Below, piece after piece: positions 1-9,302 of a stretch of DNA of 36,101 bases (positions within the stretch are counted from its first letter, which is position 1; each line of letters begins with the position of its first letter). Source of the DNA: a virus; the IMG/VR virus record IMGVR_UViG_3300029487_000028, positions 1-36,101 of that record. The stretch is one strand, 5' to 3'. The position numbers were made by a program, and so were the translations under genes. The notes below the pieces were generated by a model, which saw only the letters and a program-made list of their open reading frames with translations, was not told the DNA's origin and made no database searches.

Positions 1-77
1 TGATCACGCCGTTGTGCGTGTAGTAGGCGTTCTGGATGAGCGCCATGTCGGAGGCCCACACGATTGGATTGTCCGCC
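1..77. repeat. Terminal direct repeat, copy 1 (assembly overlap of a circular molecule)
   Basis: tgatcacgccgttgtgcgtg...gattggattgtccgcc is identical to 36025-36101. Confidence 0.95.
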
Positions 78-262
78 GTGCCTGCTTTCACGGCCTGCTC
101 GACGTACTCCTGCCGCACCAAGATCTTGTTGACGTAGATATTCCGCCAGTCGTAGCCCAGCTTGTCCGACTGCGTCACGTCCTCCGTGATGCCGCCTGCG
201 GCCTGCACCAGCTTGCCGTCCTTGATGGCGGTTTTGATCTGCGTAAGCTTAGTTTCCGTCAT
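1..262 (-). CDS. Hypothetical protein, 5' part of a 108-aa ORF spanning the contig junction
   Basis: ATG at 262-260. The frame continues through nt 1 (equivalent to 36025) to TGA at 35962-35960. 262+65 nt = 109 codons. Confidence 0.6.
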   Translation of the reverse strand, partial: MTETKLTQIKTAIKDGKLVQAAGGITEDVTQSDKLGYDWRNIYVNKILVRQEYVEQAVKAGTADNPIVWASDMALIQNAYYTHNGVI

Positions 263-629
263 ATGCTGCCTCCAGTTCCGCCAGCACGTCGCTGGCTGTT
301 TTTTTGCCCATCTTGCAGGTGCACGTGCCGTCGCGGTTATCCGTGATCGGGCCTTCGACGCAGTAATCGGAGTTGTCCCACTCCTGCACAGATTCCTGTG
401 TTTCTCCCGTCGGCTTGCCGCTTTCATCGTATACCGGGATGGTGTCGCGTTCGACGATATACCAATGCAGTCCGTTCACAAACAGCTGCACGGCAGCTGC
501 ATACGTCGTTTCTAGCGTGACGGCCTTGCTTTCACGCCCGTTCCAGTCCCGATCAACAAGCTTTCCGTCGATACTTGCCGGGTGTTCTGTGCCATTTGCC
601 TTAAAATAGATCATATATACCTCCGTCAT
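249..629 (-). CDS. Hypothetical protein (fibre module)
   Basis: 126-aa ORF with an ATGA start/stop overlap with the upstream gene. An alternative ATG at 614 has GGAGG 6 nt upstream. Confidence 0.6.
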   Translation of the reverse strand: MTEVYMIYFKANGTEHPASIDGKLVDRDWNGRESKAVTLETTYAAAVQLFVNGLHWYIVERDTIPVYDESGKPTGETQESVQEWDNSDYCVEGPITDNRDGTCTCKMGKKTASDVLAELEAAYDGN

Positions 630-1093
630 AATGTTTTGAGGGTTACATCCGCCTTGCTCCCATATTCTGATCCGCTGGATCTGTTTATAACAATATTGCA
701 GTTTCCCATCAGCAGATACTCGTAGTTAACCATGCCCTGCGTGCCGTACTTCTTTTCAGCCACAGTGAGGCCGTCTATGAATATTTTTGCAACAGAATTG
801 GAAGCCCCTCCCGCCACTAGCGTAATGGACGTTCCCCTCTCCAGTTCAAACGTCCCTTCGGTTCTTTTTTCCCCTTTTATAAGTACATAGCCCCAGTTAT
901 TTGCACTCGCATTTTTTGTCGTCACGGTAACTTGCACTGGGTAGCTTAATTTGATATTGTACGACGTTCCGCCAACCATCGTTCTTCCACCGTAAAGCCT
1001 GTAACCAGTTCCATCAATCTTTGTGGTGCCGCTTTTAACCGTGTAGGCCGTGCCGTTAATCAGTGTTCTATGCCCCATACTCGCAAGCCTCAT
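626..1093 (-). CDS. Hypothetical beta-rich protein (fibre module)
   Basis: 155-aa ORF with an ATGA overlap with the upstream stop. Gly/Thr/Ser-rich composition. Confidence 0.6.
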   Translation of the reverse strand: MRLASMGHRTLINGTAYTVKSGTTKIDGTGYRLYGGRTMVGGTSYNIKLSYPVQVTVTTKNASANNWGYVLIKGEKRTEGTFELERGTSITLVAGGASNSVAKIFIDGLTVAEKKYGTQGMVNYEYLLMGNCNIVINRSSGSEYGSKADVTLKTL

Positions 1094-1527
1094 TCATACT
1101 GCCACGCGATTTGGCCGTTGGCAATCGGCGTGGTTTCTGCCGCAAACAGCGCTTCGCCGCGTGCCATGTAGGACGTGTAGTTTGCGTCGGCAGCGTTGAC
1201 GTTCGTCGTACGGTTCATCCGGGCGTTGACGGATACATTGTCTACGCTCCCAAGCCCGACGTCGGATTTTCCGAGCGTGACCGCGCCGGTCTTGCCGTTG
1301 ACGGAGGTGACAGGGGCGGTTTTGAGGTAGTCCTTGCCCGCCACGGCCACCACCCACGCCGTCGGCTTGCCGCTTGCGTCGACCGCCTTGACCTTGATAA
1401 GGTCGCCGACCTTCGCCCCGGAGTCCAAAAGCACGTCCTGCTTGCCGCTCCATGCGGCTTTGTTTCCGCGCACGTCGCCGATGGCCTCGTCGATCTGCGC
1501 GCCGGTATACTGGCTGTTGTACGCCAT
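1090..1527 (-). CDS. Tail fibre / receptor-binding-like protein
   Basis: 145 aa, AAGGAG SD 7 nt upstream. The motif SVNGKTGAVTLGKSDVGLGSVDN resembles conserved fibre motifs of Gram-positive phages. Confidence 0.55.
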   Translation of the reverse strand: MAYNSQYTGAQIDEAIGDVRGNKAAWSGKQDVLLDSGAKVGDLIKVKAVDASGKPTAWVVAVAGKDYLKTAPVTSVNGKTGAVTLGKSDVGLGSVDNVSVNARMNRTTNVNAADANYTSYMARGEALFAAETTPIANGQIAWQYE

Positions 1528-1531
1528 GCGA

Positions 1532-1909
1532 TCACTCCTTCATGCACAGGAAATCCTCTCCGTCAGCCGTTTTCATGGTCTGCGACTGTCCGGACGGGAT
1601 AAATCCATAATTGTCATTCCAGCTGCCGTCCGCGCCCTGCGCGAACAGCGAAATTCTGTATTCTCCGTCTCCGGAAAGCAGGAAATCGTCGTATACCTCA
1701 AAGGTGCGCTGCGTCCCCGCGGGGGTCTGGGAGAAGGACGCGATCAAAGCGCCCTTCCCGCGGCCCCAATCCTCGCCGGACTTCGTCGCGCGGCACTCAA
1801 AAGCTGTATAGGCGATGTCCGATGAGAATGTGACGGTGATCGAGTCGAATCCCGAGACTGCCGATATCTTGTTTCCGGTGATGGAGAAGGTCAACTCCGG
1901 CGCGGCCAT
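1532..1909 (-). CDS. Hypothetical tail-associated protein
   Basis: Start moved to MAAPELTF, where a TAATG overlap with the upstream stop occurs. 125 aa. Confidence 0.55.
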   Translation of the reverse strand: MAAPELTFSITGNKISAVSGFDSITVTFSSDIAYTAFECRATKSGEDWGRGKGALIASFSQTPAGTQRTFEVYDDFLLSGDGEYRISLFAQGADGSWNDNYGFIPSGQSQTMKTADGEDFLCMKE

Positions 1910-2571
1910 TAGGCTGCGCTCCACGTCCCGGCGGCGTTCTTGACGAAGACCTTCACGATCTTCACGCCGTCGCCGGAAGACGCCGATTCGAGGTCTGCGC
2001 CCTTGACGGTGACGTTGATAGCGGTGTTCTTCTTGTAGCCGCCTGCCGTGCCGCTGACGTTCGTGGAGCCGCCCGTCGCCGGGATCTGCGTGCCCGCCGT
2101 GTGCAGGCTGCTCGTCGCCGGGACGACGCGGACGGTGTATTCCTCAAAGTCCACATCGCAGACGAAGGAGAACGCCGCTGCGTCGTAGCCCGTTACCTTG
2201 GAAATGCGGCTCTTGTCGGGGCCGGTGATGGTCACGGCGGGGATCGAGGTGTTGAGCGTGATGGAGTCGCTGGCCGCAGTCGATTCGTTGCCGACGTCGT
2301 CGCGCACCTTTACATAGATCGTCTTCAGGCCGTCGCCGTCCGGGAGCGTAATGGATTTTGTTGCGGCGAACGTCTCCCACGACGCATCTGCTTCCTTTGC
2401 CGCCGCCTTTGTGCCCCAGATCTTCATCTGGTAGCCGGTCGTCGCCGCGTCTGTGACGGAGATCTTCGCTGTGACGGTCGCGCTGGTCGCGTACTGTGCG
2501 CCGTCGTTCAGTGTGATCGATAGCCCGGCAGGGGCCAGCGTATCCAGCGTTAAATTAAAAAAGCTTGCCAT
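1909..2571 (-). CDS. Ig-like-fold tail or fibre-associated protein
   Basis: 220 aa, beta-rich and Thr/Ala/Ser-rich, located in the fibre module. Confidence 0.5.
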   Translation of the reverse strand: MASFFNLTLDTLAPAGLSITLNDGAQYATSATVTAKISVTDAATTGYQMKIWGTKAAAKEADASWETFAATKSITLPDGDGLKTIYVKVRDDVGNESTAASDSITLNTSIPAVTITGPDKSRISKVTGYDAAAFSFVCDVDFEEYTVRVVPATSSLHTAGTQIPATGGSTNVSGTAGGYKKNTAINVTVKGADLESASSGDGVKIVKVFVKNAAGTWSAA

Positions 2572-2577
2572 TCTGTT

Positions 2578-2721
2578 TTATCCCCTTTCTTCGCTTGTGA
2601 GTTCGATGTACAAAAAGCCGCCCGGCCTTTCATAGATGGTTTCCCCGCCCAGATGGGCGGACTTGATGCCCATGGAGCCGATGAACAGCGCCAGAATGCG
2701 TTTGATTCCAACTGCCAGCAT
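2578..2721 (-). CDS. Small hypothetical protein (47 aa)
   Basis: ATG at 2721 preceded by GGAGGGATAAC. The longer ORF-track start overlaps the upstream gene. Confidence 0.4.
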   Translation of the reverse strand: MLAVGIKRILALFIGSMGIKSAHLGGETIYERPGGFLYIELTSEERG

Positions 2722-2722
2722 G

Positions 2723-3298
2723 TTATCCCTCCAACAGATACAGTGTCCGCGCGTCCTTTTTGTCCAGCGCGGCATAGTCCGATTTTGTCAGCACGCGGAT
2801 CTCATCGATCTGCGCCGATGCAATGCCTCCGCCGCCCGACTGGCGGGCTTCGTTGATGGCGGCGACGAGGTTGTCCTTGTTGTAGGTCCTGAGATCGTCC
2901 AGGTCGCCGATCTGCTTCTGCAGCTGCGCCCAGATCGGGAGCGTCGGCTCCGCAGCCGGGTCGCCGGACGGCTCCGCCGCAGGCTGCACCTTGCCAAGCG
3001 TCACCCATACCGTCGGGAGCACGACGCCGGAGGCGTTGGATCCGTACACACCGACGCGGGCGATCAGCCCGGCGTCAGCAAGGATCTCATACGGTACGAT
3101 CAGACGGTTTCCGTCCCACTCGGATTCCAGCACGTCTACAGTTTTCTTCCTGTTTGTAAAGACTGCCGTCTTCGTCAGGCCGTCCCAGTCGGATGAAAAC
3201 GCGAATTCGACGCCGACGGCCTTCGCCATGCCCGCCGTCAGAAGCTCCGGCGGCGAGCACAGATGCGCGCAGGCTTTTGTGATGTGGATCTGGATCAT
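2723..3298 (-). CDS. BppU-like baseplate upper / fibre-anchor protein
   Basis: Start at MIQIHI with AGGAGG SD. The N-terminal beta domain followed by a helical linker resembles the BppU_N architecture. Recognised by eye only. Confidence 0.45.
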   Translation of the reverse strand: MIQIHITKACAHLCSPPELLTAGMAKAVGVEFAFSSDWDGLTKTAVFTNRKKTVDVLESEWDGNRLIVPYEILADAGLIARVGVYGSNASGVVLPTVWVTLGKVQPAAEPSGDPAAEPTLPIWAQLQKQIGDLDDLRTYNKDNLVAAINEARQSGGGGIASAQIDEIRVLTKSDYAALDKKDARTLYLLEG

Positions 3299-3311
3299 GT
3301 TATTTCGCCTC

Positions 3312-3794
3312 CTATGCAATCACTGAGCCGTTCACGAGCAGCTTTCCGGCGCTGTTGCACTCCAGCACGGCCCGAATATTTGTGTTGTAACAAACATAGA
3401 ACCCCGCCGCCGACATTCCTCTAAACCAGTTGTTTGTTGCTCCGACTGATTCGTTTCTGGATAATGGTGTTACAAATCTCCCGCTCATCCAGATGCCGTA
3501 TCCGTCTTTTACAATCCTGTCTTGATACTCTCCACTTCCCCCGCTGCCCGGCGGGCCTACGACGTACTCGACGATATAGCTGCCGGAGATCCGCGCGACC
3601 TTGACGCGGTCGCCTGCGGCGAAGGTGGCCGACGTGTTGCATTTGTAATGCTTCGTCGTGGCCTCGATTTGCCCCTCCAAAATGAGGGACAGGCCGTCTT
3701 CGTAGACCGCGCCGACGGTCGCCAGAAAGTTCTCCGGCAGATTTTCGTCCGGCATCTCGATATTCGTCACAAACAGGCTGTCGATTCCCTCCAT
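3312..3794 (-). CDS. Hypothetical baseplate protein
   Basis: 160 aa, TAATG overlap with the Tal stop. Confidence 0.55.
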   Translation of the reverse strand: MEGIDSLFVTNIEMPDENLPENFLATVGAVYEDGLSLILEGQIEATTKHYKCNTSATFAAGDRVKVARISGSYIVEYVVGPPGSGGSGEYQDRIVKDGYGIWMSGRFVTPLSRNESVGATNNWFRGMSAAGFYVCYNTNIRAVLECNSAGKLLVNGSVIA

Positions 3795-4840
3795 TATGCG
3801 ATCACCGTCCTTTTTGCAGAGTGTGTCATGAGGCTGCCGGCCTGCATCGTGATCGACCAGCCGGTCTCAAGGTAGATGCCTCCGAGGTCGTCGTGCGTCA
3901 GGGCGAGGATATCGCCGACGCCGTGCCCCGGCTCATTGAGCGTGTAAAATGTAATGGCGCGCGTAGCAAGCAGCGACTCGTTGCGGCGCTTGTCGGCGTA
4001 GGCCTGCAATTCGTCCTGCGAGGCGATATTGTCTACCCGCTCGACGGAGGTAATGCGCATGCCGCGCTTGAAGGTGGATTTTTTGGACGCCGGATTGTCG
4101 TTGACGGCGGTTGCCACCATTGCTGCGTCCATATCCGGGTTGTTGCAGGTCACGACGAAAACGTTCGGCGCATCAAAAATGTCCGTTTCGTCCGACCAGT
4201 CCGGGCCCGGATGTTTCTCCGGGAGAAACAGGTCCGTCACGCCGTAGCGCCAGTCGATGATGGCGGCGGATGGCTCCTGATACGGTTCGAGGCGGCACAC
4301 GCCGTCCGCGTCAAACCAGAGGCTTTCGTAATTGATCTCGGACAGCAGCGCGTTCACGATTGTCAGATAGCTTGTTCCAATCGGCCAGTCTTCGCGGTCT
4401 GTCGCCAGCACAGCGGCGTTTGGCGTTGCGATCACGAGCGAGATGCCGCAGGCTGTCAGCAGCTTGCGGATCTCGGTGATGTACGACGAGCCAGCGGCAA
4501 GATGCAGGATCGTCTCGGTTTTTTGCGTATACACGCGCCAGCAGCGGTCGTAGGCTTCGATCTCTATGCGCGTGCTGCCCGCGCTTCCTTTTTGGCTGAC
4601 GGTCGCAGCCTGATAGATGCCGAGAGAGTGCTCCGTCCCATTTACGATGATCCATGGCCGCAGCTCGTCCGATTCCCACGCCGCTACGGCATTGGGAAGA
4701 AAACTGCCCTTGAGCGTGCCGTGGATGTTCGCGGCGCGGTCGCTCATGATCTGCGGTGGGCTGCCTGTGTCCCATTGCAGTTGCGTGATGGGCGCGCCGT
4801 TTCGGAGCACGTCGACGCGGAAGCGGACGTCACGGGTCAA
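3794..4840 (-). CDS. Tal-like tail-tip / baseplate hub protein
   Basis: 348 aa, immediately after Dit. Its size and sequence style match the N-terminal hub fold of the prophage tail endopeptidase family. Confidence 0.6.
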   Translation of the reverse strand: MTRDVRFRVDVLRNGAPITQLQWDTGSPPQIMSDRAANIHGTLKGSFLPNAVAAWESDELRPWIIVNGTEHSLGIYQAATVSQKGSAGSTRIEIEAYDRCWRVYTQKTETILHLAAGSSYITEIRKLLTACGISLVIATPNAAVLATDREDWPIGTSYLTIVNALLSEINYESLWFDADGVCRLEPYQEPSAAIIDWRYGVTDLFLPEKHPGPDWSDETDIFDAPNVFVVTCNNPDMDAAMVATAVNDNPASKKSTFKRGMRITSVERVDNIASQDELQAYADKRRNESLLATRAITFYTLNEPGHGVGDILALTHDDLGGIYLETGWSITMQAGSLMTHSAKRTVIA

Positions 4841-6914
4841 GGGTGATCGCCTCCTCCCGGTTCGTGTGCGAGATGGTGAAGGAATAGCGGCGCATGAACT
4901 CGTCGCAGTTGCTCTCGAGCGACGGGAGCGAGCCGATGGCCATGTTTCCGTATCGGTCTTTTAGGCAGACGAGGCGGCCGACAAGGGCTTCCAGCGCGAG
5001 GGCGGCGGCCCGCTGCGCGTGCGGCCAGGCGCAGGCGACGGACAGGGCGCGGTCGCGCTGCTCGCTGCGCTCCTCGACGGGGTAGGCAAGGCCCGCCAGA
5101 TGGACGGTCGAGACACCGGCCGAGAAGCTGGTGCGGTTGGTGCGCAGCTGCGTTTCGGACAGGCGCATCTCGAGCCAGACGCCGGTCTCGAGGTCGCAGA
5201 TCATGTTGGTCTCGGGCAGCACTTCGACAGTGTCGGAATTGGACACGCTATAGTTGTCGCCGTCTGCATAGCAGCCGCGCACGCGGTAGGTCACGCCGCC
5301 GATGCTGGTGTGGTCGACGTACTGCTTTTGCGTGGTGCGGGCGATGGCGACGCCGTCCCGCTCGATCAGATAAAAATCATAGCTGCCTGCGGTCTGCCAG
5401 GTCAGCGCGGCCTCATGGGCCGCGTCGACCGACAGCGTGATCGCCTCGCCCTCGGTGTGCGAAACGGGGAGCGCGGCTGCGCTCCACTCGGACCACATGC
5501 CGTACTTGTTCTGCACGCGCACGCGAATGGTATAGCTGCCGTCGGCGAGGTAAACAGGGGAGCGCCATGCCTTTTCTGTTCCGTAGACCGTTCCGGAGGC
5601 GTAGCCGTTGGAGAGCGTCAGCTGATAGGCTTCCTGCTCGGTGGTCTGCCAGGTGATGCGCGGTCGCGGGCCGGTGGACTGGATCACGATGGACGGTGCG
5701 GACGGAGCGTTGATGGCGATAAACTCTGCCTTGTCGCTCCATTCCGACGGCGTGCCGTCTGTGTTGTAGGTGCGCACGCGCCAGTATTTTGTTCCGCTTG
5801 TGAATTTGTTCGCCGGAACGTCGTAATACTGGTTTTCTCCCGTGACGGTCGCGATGGTGTTCCACGTCGTACCGTCGGCGGACCATTGCAGATCCGCTTT
5901 ACTCTGCGGCGTGCCGGTGGAAATGATGTGCTTCCACGAGAAGCGGTTGGCGATTGTCGCGTCGATGACGATGCCGGAAGGGGAGACGGGCTTGGCCGTC
6001 GGGGTAACGTCTGTTGTCGTGATCTCCTGCCATGCGGACGTCGTTGTCGTGCCGCTGTTTGCCGTCACCTTTACGCGCCATTCGAGCGTCCCGGACGGGA
6101 ATGTGTTTGCCGGTACCGTGCAAGCGGTCGTCGAGCCAGATACGCTTATCGTTTTTGATGTGCTTGCGTTTTTTACGCGCCACTCAAAAACAGCAGCGGT
6201 TTGTTTCACCTCTGCGAAGCAAACCTGCGTGAGATCTGTGTCATCCTCGGCGTCCCATGTAAATGTGTTTTTTTGCGCTCGATTTACGAATGCCCCTGCC
6301 GATGGTGATAAATTGTCTGCTTTTATGCCGACATTATCATTCGAGTATTCACACGTCAGGAATGGCTTGCGTGTTGACTTTTCTCCGTAAAAAACAGCTT
6401 CGCTTGTTCCTGATACAGCGCCACGAAACGCAACGACAAACCCGTTTTCTATCCCTTTTTTTACTTCTTCCTTCTTGACCCTGTATTGTGCCAGATCAAA
6501 AACCGCGTTCAGCTGCACAATTTCGTTTAACGCAGTCCACTTTCCATCTGCATGCTCTGAAATCCCGGTATATGTTTGGCTGATTTCCGGTCGCGTTGCA
6601 TACGTTATCACGCTCGTATCAAATTGGCTTTCCACCGCATTTACATACGTCCAGATTTGCTTGTTCCCATTTCCGCTATCTTCTGTCGGCTGTGCGTAAA
6701 ACGAAAGAGTTACTTTGCTTACCCGCTTAAACTTGTACGCATCTCCCGGCACAGGGAATTTGATATATATGTTATCCCCTTGTTTGACGTTTCCTGCTTC
6801 CCCCGTAAACGGGTCCGCAAACAACTTGTACTGTGCAAGATTTGAGTAGTTTGTATTCGGGTGGTTCTTTGCAACTGCTGTCGACCCACTCGCCTGTACT
6901 GTAAAGATCGGCAT
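4830..6914 (-). CDS. Distal tail protein (Dit) with an N-terminal beta-sandwich and four FN3-like repeats
   Basis: 694 aa, directly after the tape measure. It has four repeats of about 90 aa, each with F/I-T/S-W ... WRV ... SEWS motifs. The C-terminal ~115 aa resemble the siphovirus tail-family (Dit) domain. Confidence 0.6.
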   Translation of the reverse strand: MPIFTVQASGSTAVAKNHPNTNYSNLAQYKLFADPFTGEAGNVKQGDNIYIKFPVPGDAYKFKRVSKVTLSFYAQPTEDSGNGNKQIWTYVNAVESQFDTSVITYATRPEISQTYTGISEHADGKWTALNEIVQLNAVFDLAQYRVKKEEVKKGIENGFVVAFRGAVSGTSEAVFYGEKSTRKPFLTCEYSNDNVGIKADNLSPSAGAFVNRAQKNTFTWDAEDDTDLTQVCFAEVKQTAAVFEWRVKNASTSKTISVSGSTTACTVPANTFPSGTLEWRVKVTANSGTTTTSAWQEITTTDVTPTAKPVSPSGIVIDATIANRFSWKHIISTGTPQSKADLQWSADGTTWNTIATVTGENQYYDVPANKFTSGTKYWRVRTYNTDGTPSEWSDKAEFIAINAPSAPSIVIQSTGPRPRITWQTTEQEAYQLTLSNGYASGTVYGTEKAWRSPVYLADGSYTIRVRVQNKYGMWSEWSAAALPVSHTEGEAITLSVDAAHEAALTWQTAGSYDFYLIERDGVAIARTTQKQYVDHTSIGGVTYRVRGCYADGDNYSVSNSDTVEVLPETNMICDLETGVWLEMRLSETQLRTNRTSFSAGVSTVHLAGLAYPVEERSEQRDRALSVACAWPHAQRAAALALEALVGRLVCLKDRYGNMAIGSLPSLESNCDEFMRRYSFTISHTNREEAITLDP

Positions 6915-8714
6915 TTACTTCGCCCCCATTCTGGCTGTGATGCGTGCGTTTTTGGCGATGCGGAGGATGGTGTCGAGGTCTTCGACGTGGTCCACATAGA
7001 CGGTGGTGTTGTAGGTATCGCCGGATGTGTAGCGCGTTTCGCTTGCTGTCTGGATGCGCGATCCGGACGGCAGGAAGATCCGCTCAAGCCCGTTTTCGTT
7101 CACCCGCGTCCAGCCGCCTCTCCAGTTGTCCGTGCCGGCGGCGTTGCCGCCCAGATAGCGGCGAACCCATTCGTCCTCTGTGATGCCGATGGTGGACGGA
7201 TCGCCGCGGGCGATTGCGTCCTCGTAGGCTTTGGAGAGGTCTGCCGCGCTTTGCCCCCACTGCTGCTCTGTGTAGCTGTCGAGCAGATTTTGGTAGTTGT
7301 TTCCGTTTCCGCTGGAGTAGCCGAAACCGAGCGCGTGCGTCATCTGTCCCCAGCCCTCGCTGATGTGGCCGGTGCTGAAGTTGATAACGCCTTTTAAAAG
7401 CTCCGCCGCGTCGGCCATGAGCGCCATTACCTTTGCGAGTGGCTGCAATGCCTTGGTCAGCGCCGGGACGCGGTTATTGGAAAGATCGGACATAGGGTTC
7501 AGGATATCTCCTACGGTATCCAGCAGCATGCCGAACGAGTCGACAATGCCGGAGTCCTTGAGCGCCTTGCCGCCGTCCTTTACCATGGTGGTCACGTCGC
7601 CGTAGAATTCTTCGAGGTACGGGGCGAATTCGGCGGACAGCTGGTTTTTGACGCCTTCCTGCGTCTTTTGCAGGCGCTGGTATGCGTCGTCTACCGCGCC
7701 GAGGGCAGAAAGCGCCTCGTCGTCGAGCACATACCCGACGTTGTGCGCCTCGTCTGCGTATTCCTTTAGAGTTTTCGAGCCCTGAATAATCAGAGGATTT
7801 AAATCCTGCGCCGAGCGGCCAAAAATGTCCATGGACATTGCATCCCGCTCGGTTTCGTTTTTTACCTGCCCGAGCGCATCAATCGTTTCGTAGAAAACGT
7901 CGTTCGCGCTGCGCATGCTTCCGTCAACGGCATTGATGACGGAAACGCCCAACTTATCAAAGGATGCCTTCGCATTGCCCGTGCCGTTCATCGTGTCCTG
8001 CATGTTGTTGGTCAACTTTGTCAGGCTTCCCTGCAGGGTGTCGACGGATACGTCGATCAGCTCGGACGCATAGGCAAACTCCTGCAGCTGCTGTGTCGAT
8101 TGCCCCGTCTGCATGGAAAGCGTGATGATGTTATCGGCAAAGGCGGCGGACTCCTTCGTCATGGAGATCATGGCTTTTTCTACCTTGACGATCGCCGCCG
8201 CGACGGCGGCAAAAGCGCCAGCTGCGGCAATCGCAGAGGTATCGAGGCTTCCCATGGCGTTCATAGAGGACTTCATGCCGTCCGGCAGCTGGATTCCGAG
8301 CTTGGACGTCAGGCCGTTCACCACGTCGCCGAGGTTGCCCATCTCCTTGCCGGAGTCGGCGATCTTCTGCTTGTTCTCGTCAAACTGGTTGTTGAGATTG
8401 TTCAGCTCAGCCTCGGCGTTGTTGAGGCTGGTCTGCCACTGCATGGTGCGCTTGTCTGCCTCTCCGTATTTCTCGGCCGACTGCTGGAGCGCAGCCTTGA
8501 GATACTCGATCTTCTCCGCCTGCGTGGAAATCTTGCGCTCTAAGACGTCATTCTTGGCGTTTAGGGCCTCTACGCTGTCCGCGTTCTGCGCGTAGGCAGA
8601 GGATACCTTGCGCATTTCCGAGTCCAGCACTTTCATGCCGCTGCCGATCTCGGAAATGGCCTGCTTGTATTCTTTTTCGCCCGAAAGCGTAAATTTTGTA
8701 TTGATGTTCGGCAT
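6915..8714 (-). CDS. Tail tape measure protein
   Basis: 599 aa with coiled-coil N and C termini and a Gly/Ala-rich hydrophobic core. Located after the G/GT chaperone. Confidence 0.9.
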   Translation of the reverse strand: MPNINTKFTLSGEKEYKQAISEIGSGMKVLDSEMRKVSSAYAQNADSVEALNAKNDVLERKISTQAEKIEYLKAALQQSAEKYGEADKRTMQWQTSLNNAEAELNNLNNQFDENKQKIADSGKEMGNLGDVVNGLTSKLGIQLPDGMKSSMNAMGSLDTSAIAAAGAFAAVAAAIVKVEKAMISMTKESAAFADNIITLSMQTGQSTQQLQEFAYASELIDVSVDTLQGSLTKLTNNMQDTMNGTGNAKASFDKLGVSVINAVDGSMRSANDVFYETIDALGQVKNETERDAMSMDIFGRSAQDLNPLIIQGSKTLKEYADEAHNVGYVLDDEALSALGAVDDAYQRLQKTQEGVKNQLSAEFAPYLEEFYGDVTTMVKDGGKALKDSGIVDSFGMLLDTVGDILNPMSDLSNNRVPALTKALQPLAKVMALMADAAELLKGVINFSTGHISEGWGQMTHALGFGYSSGNGNNYQNLLDSYTEQQWGQSAADLSKAYEDAIARGDPSTIGITEDEWVRRYLGGNAAGTDNWRGGWTRVNENGLERIFLPSGSRIQTASETRYTSGDTYNTTVYVDHVEDLDTILRIAKNARITARMGAK

Positions 8715-8715
8715 G

Positions 8716-9302
8716 TTAGGTGCCTCCGTTCAGATAGGCCGACAGGCTCTGCGTCTGTTCCTGCTGCTCCGGCTGCTTTTGCGGCGCAAGTGCGTCAAGC
8801 AGGATCGTTATGCGGCGCGGGGACATGGTTTTCCAGAAATCCCGCTCCGGCAGGTGCAGCCGGAAGAGCCAGATTGCGAGGAAGCCGGGGAAATCAAAGC
8901 CCAGCTGCTTCGGTTTCCCCGGCGGTGTTAGTTTTTTTCGTCTTCCGACGTTTTTTCACCGAGTTCTTCCTCCGGCGGCGTGACTGCAGCCTGAATCAGC
9001 GGGTAGATCCGCGTCCCGGCCTCGAGCGTCTGGTGCATGGTGAGCTTCCGGCCCAGCTGCTTTCTGGTAAAGCGCAGCGGAAGGCCGTTTTCGTCGGTGA
9101 TGCCCTGCGTGTCTGCGGCGTCGGTCAGCATGGCGGCCAGGAAGGCCAGCGTGCTTTTGAGGCCGTGCACCGTATTCAGCGCGCGCAGCAGATTGCCGTC
9201 GTATTCGTCCTGCACGTCGGCAAGGACGTTCATGTTGCAGGAGAGCCGGTATACCCGGCCCTCGAATTCATAGTCAATGGTTTTCAGTTTGGTCGTTTCC
9301 AT
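8716..9302 (-). CDS. Tail assembly chaperone GT (fusion made by -1 frameshift)
   Basis: The -1 frame is open from the A7 run to TAA at 8718-8716, 1 nt before the TMP ATG. 587 nt plus 1 re-read nt = 196 codons. Confidence 0.7.
8928..9302 (-). CDS. Tail assembly chaperone G
   Basis: 124 aa with an acidic C terminus, positioned between the tube and tape measure genes. Confidence 0.8.
   Translation of the reverse strand: METTKLKTIDYEFEGRVYRLSCNMNVLADVQDEYDGNLLRALNTVHGLKSTLAFLAAMLTDAADTQGITDENGLPLRFTRKQLGRKLTMHQTLEAGTRIYPLIQAAVTPPEEELGEKTSEDEKN
8932..8938 (-). promoter_or_regulatory. -1 programmed ribosomal frameshift slippery run (A AAA AAC within gacGAAAAAAACtaa)
   Basis: Seven consecutive A residues occupy the last codons of G, and an in-phase -1 ORF follows. 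Confidence 0.7.

Noticed and set aside
5177-6317. FN3 repeat array as a diversity-generating retroelement target or DNA-level tandem repeat.
   Set aside because: No reverse transcriptase or template repeat is present anywhere in the genome. The repeats are diverged at the DNA level and similar only as protein motifs.
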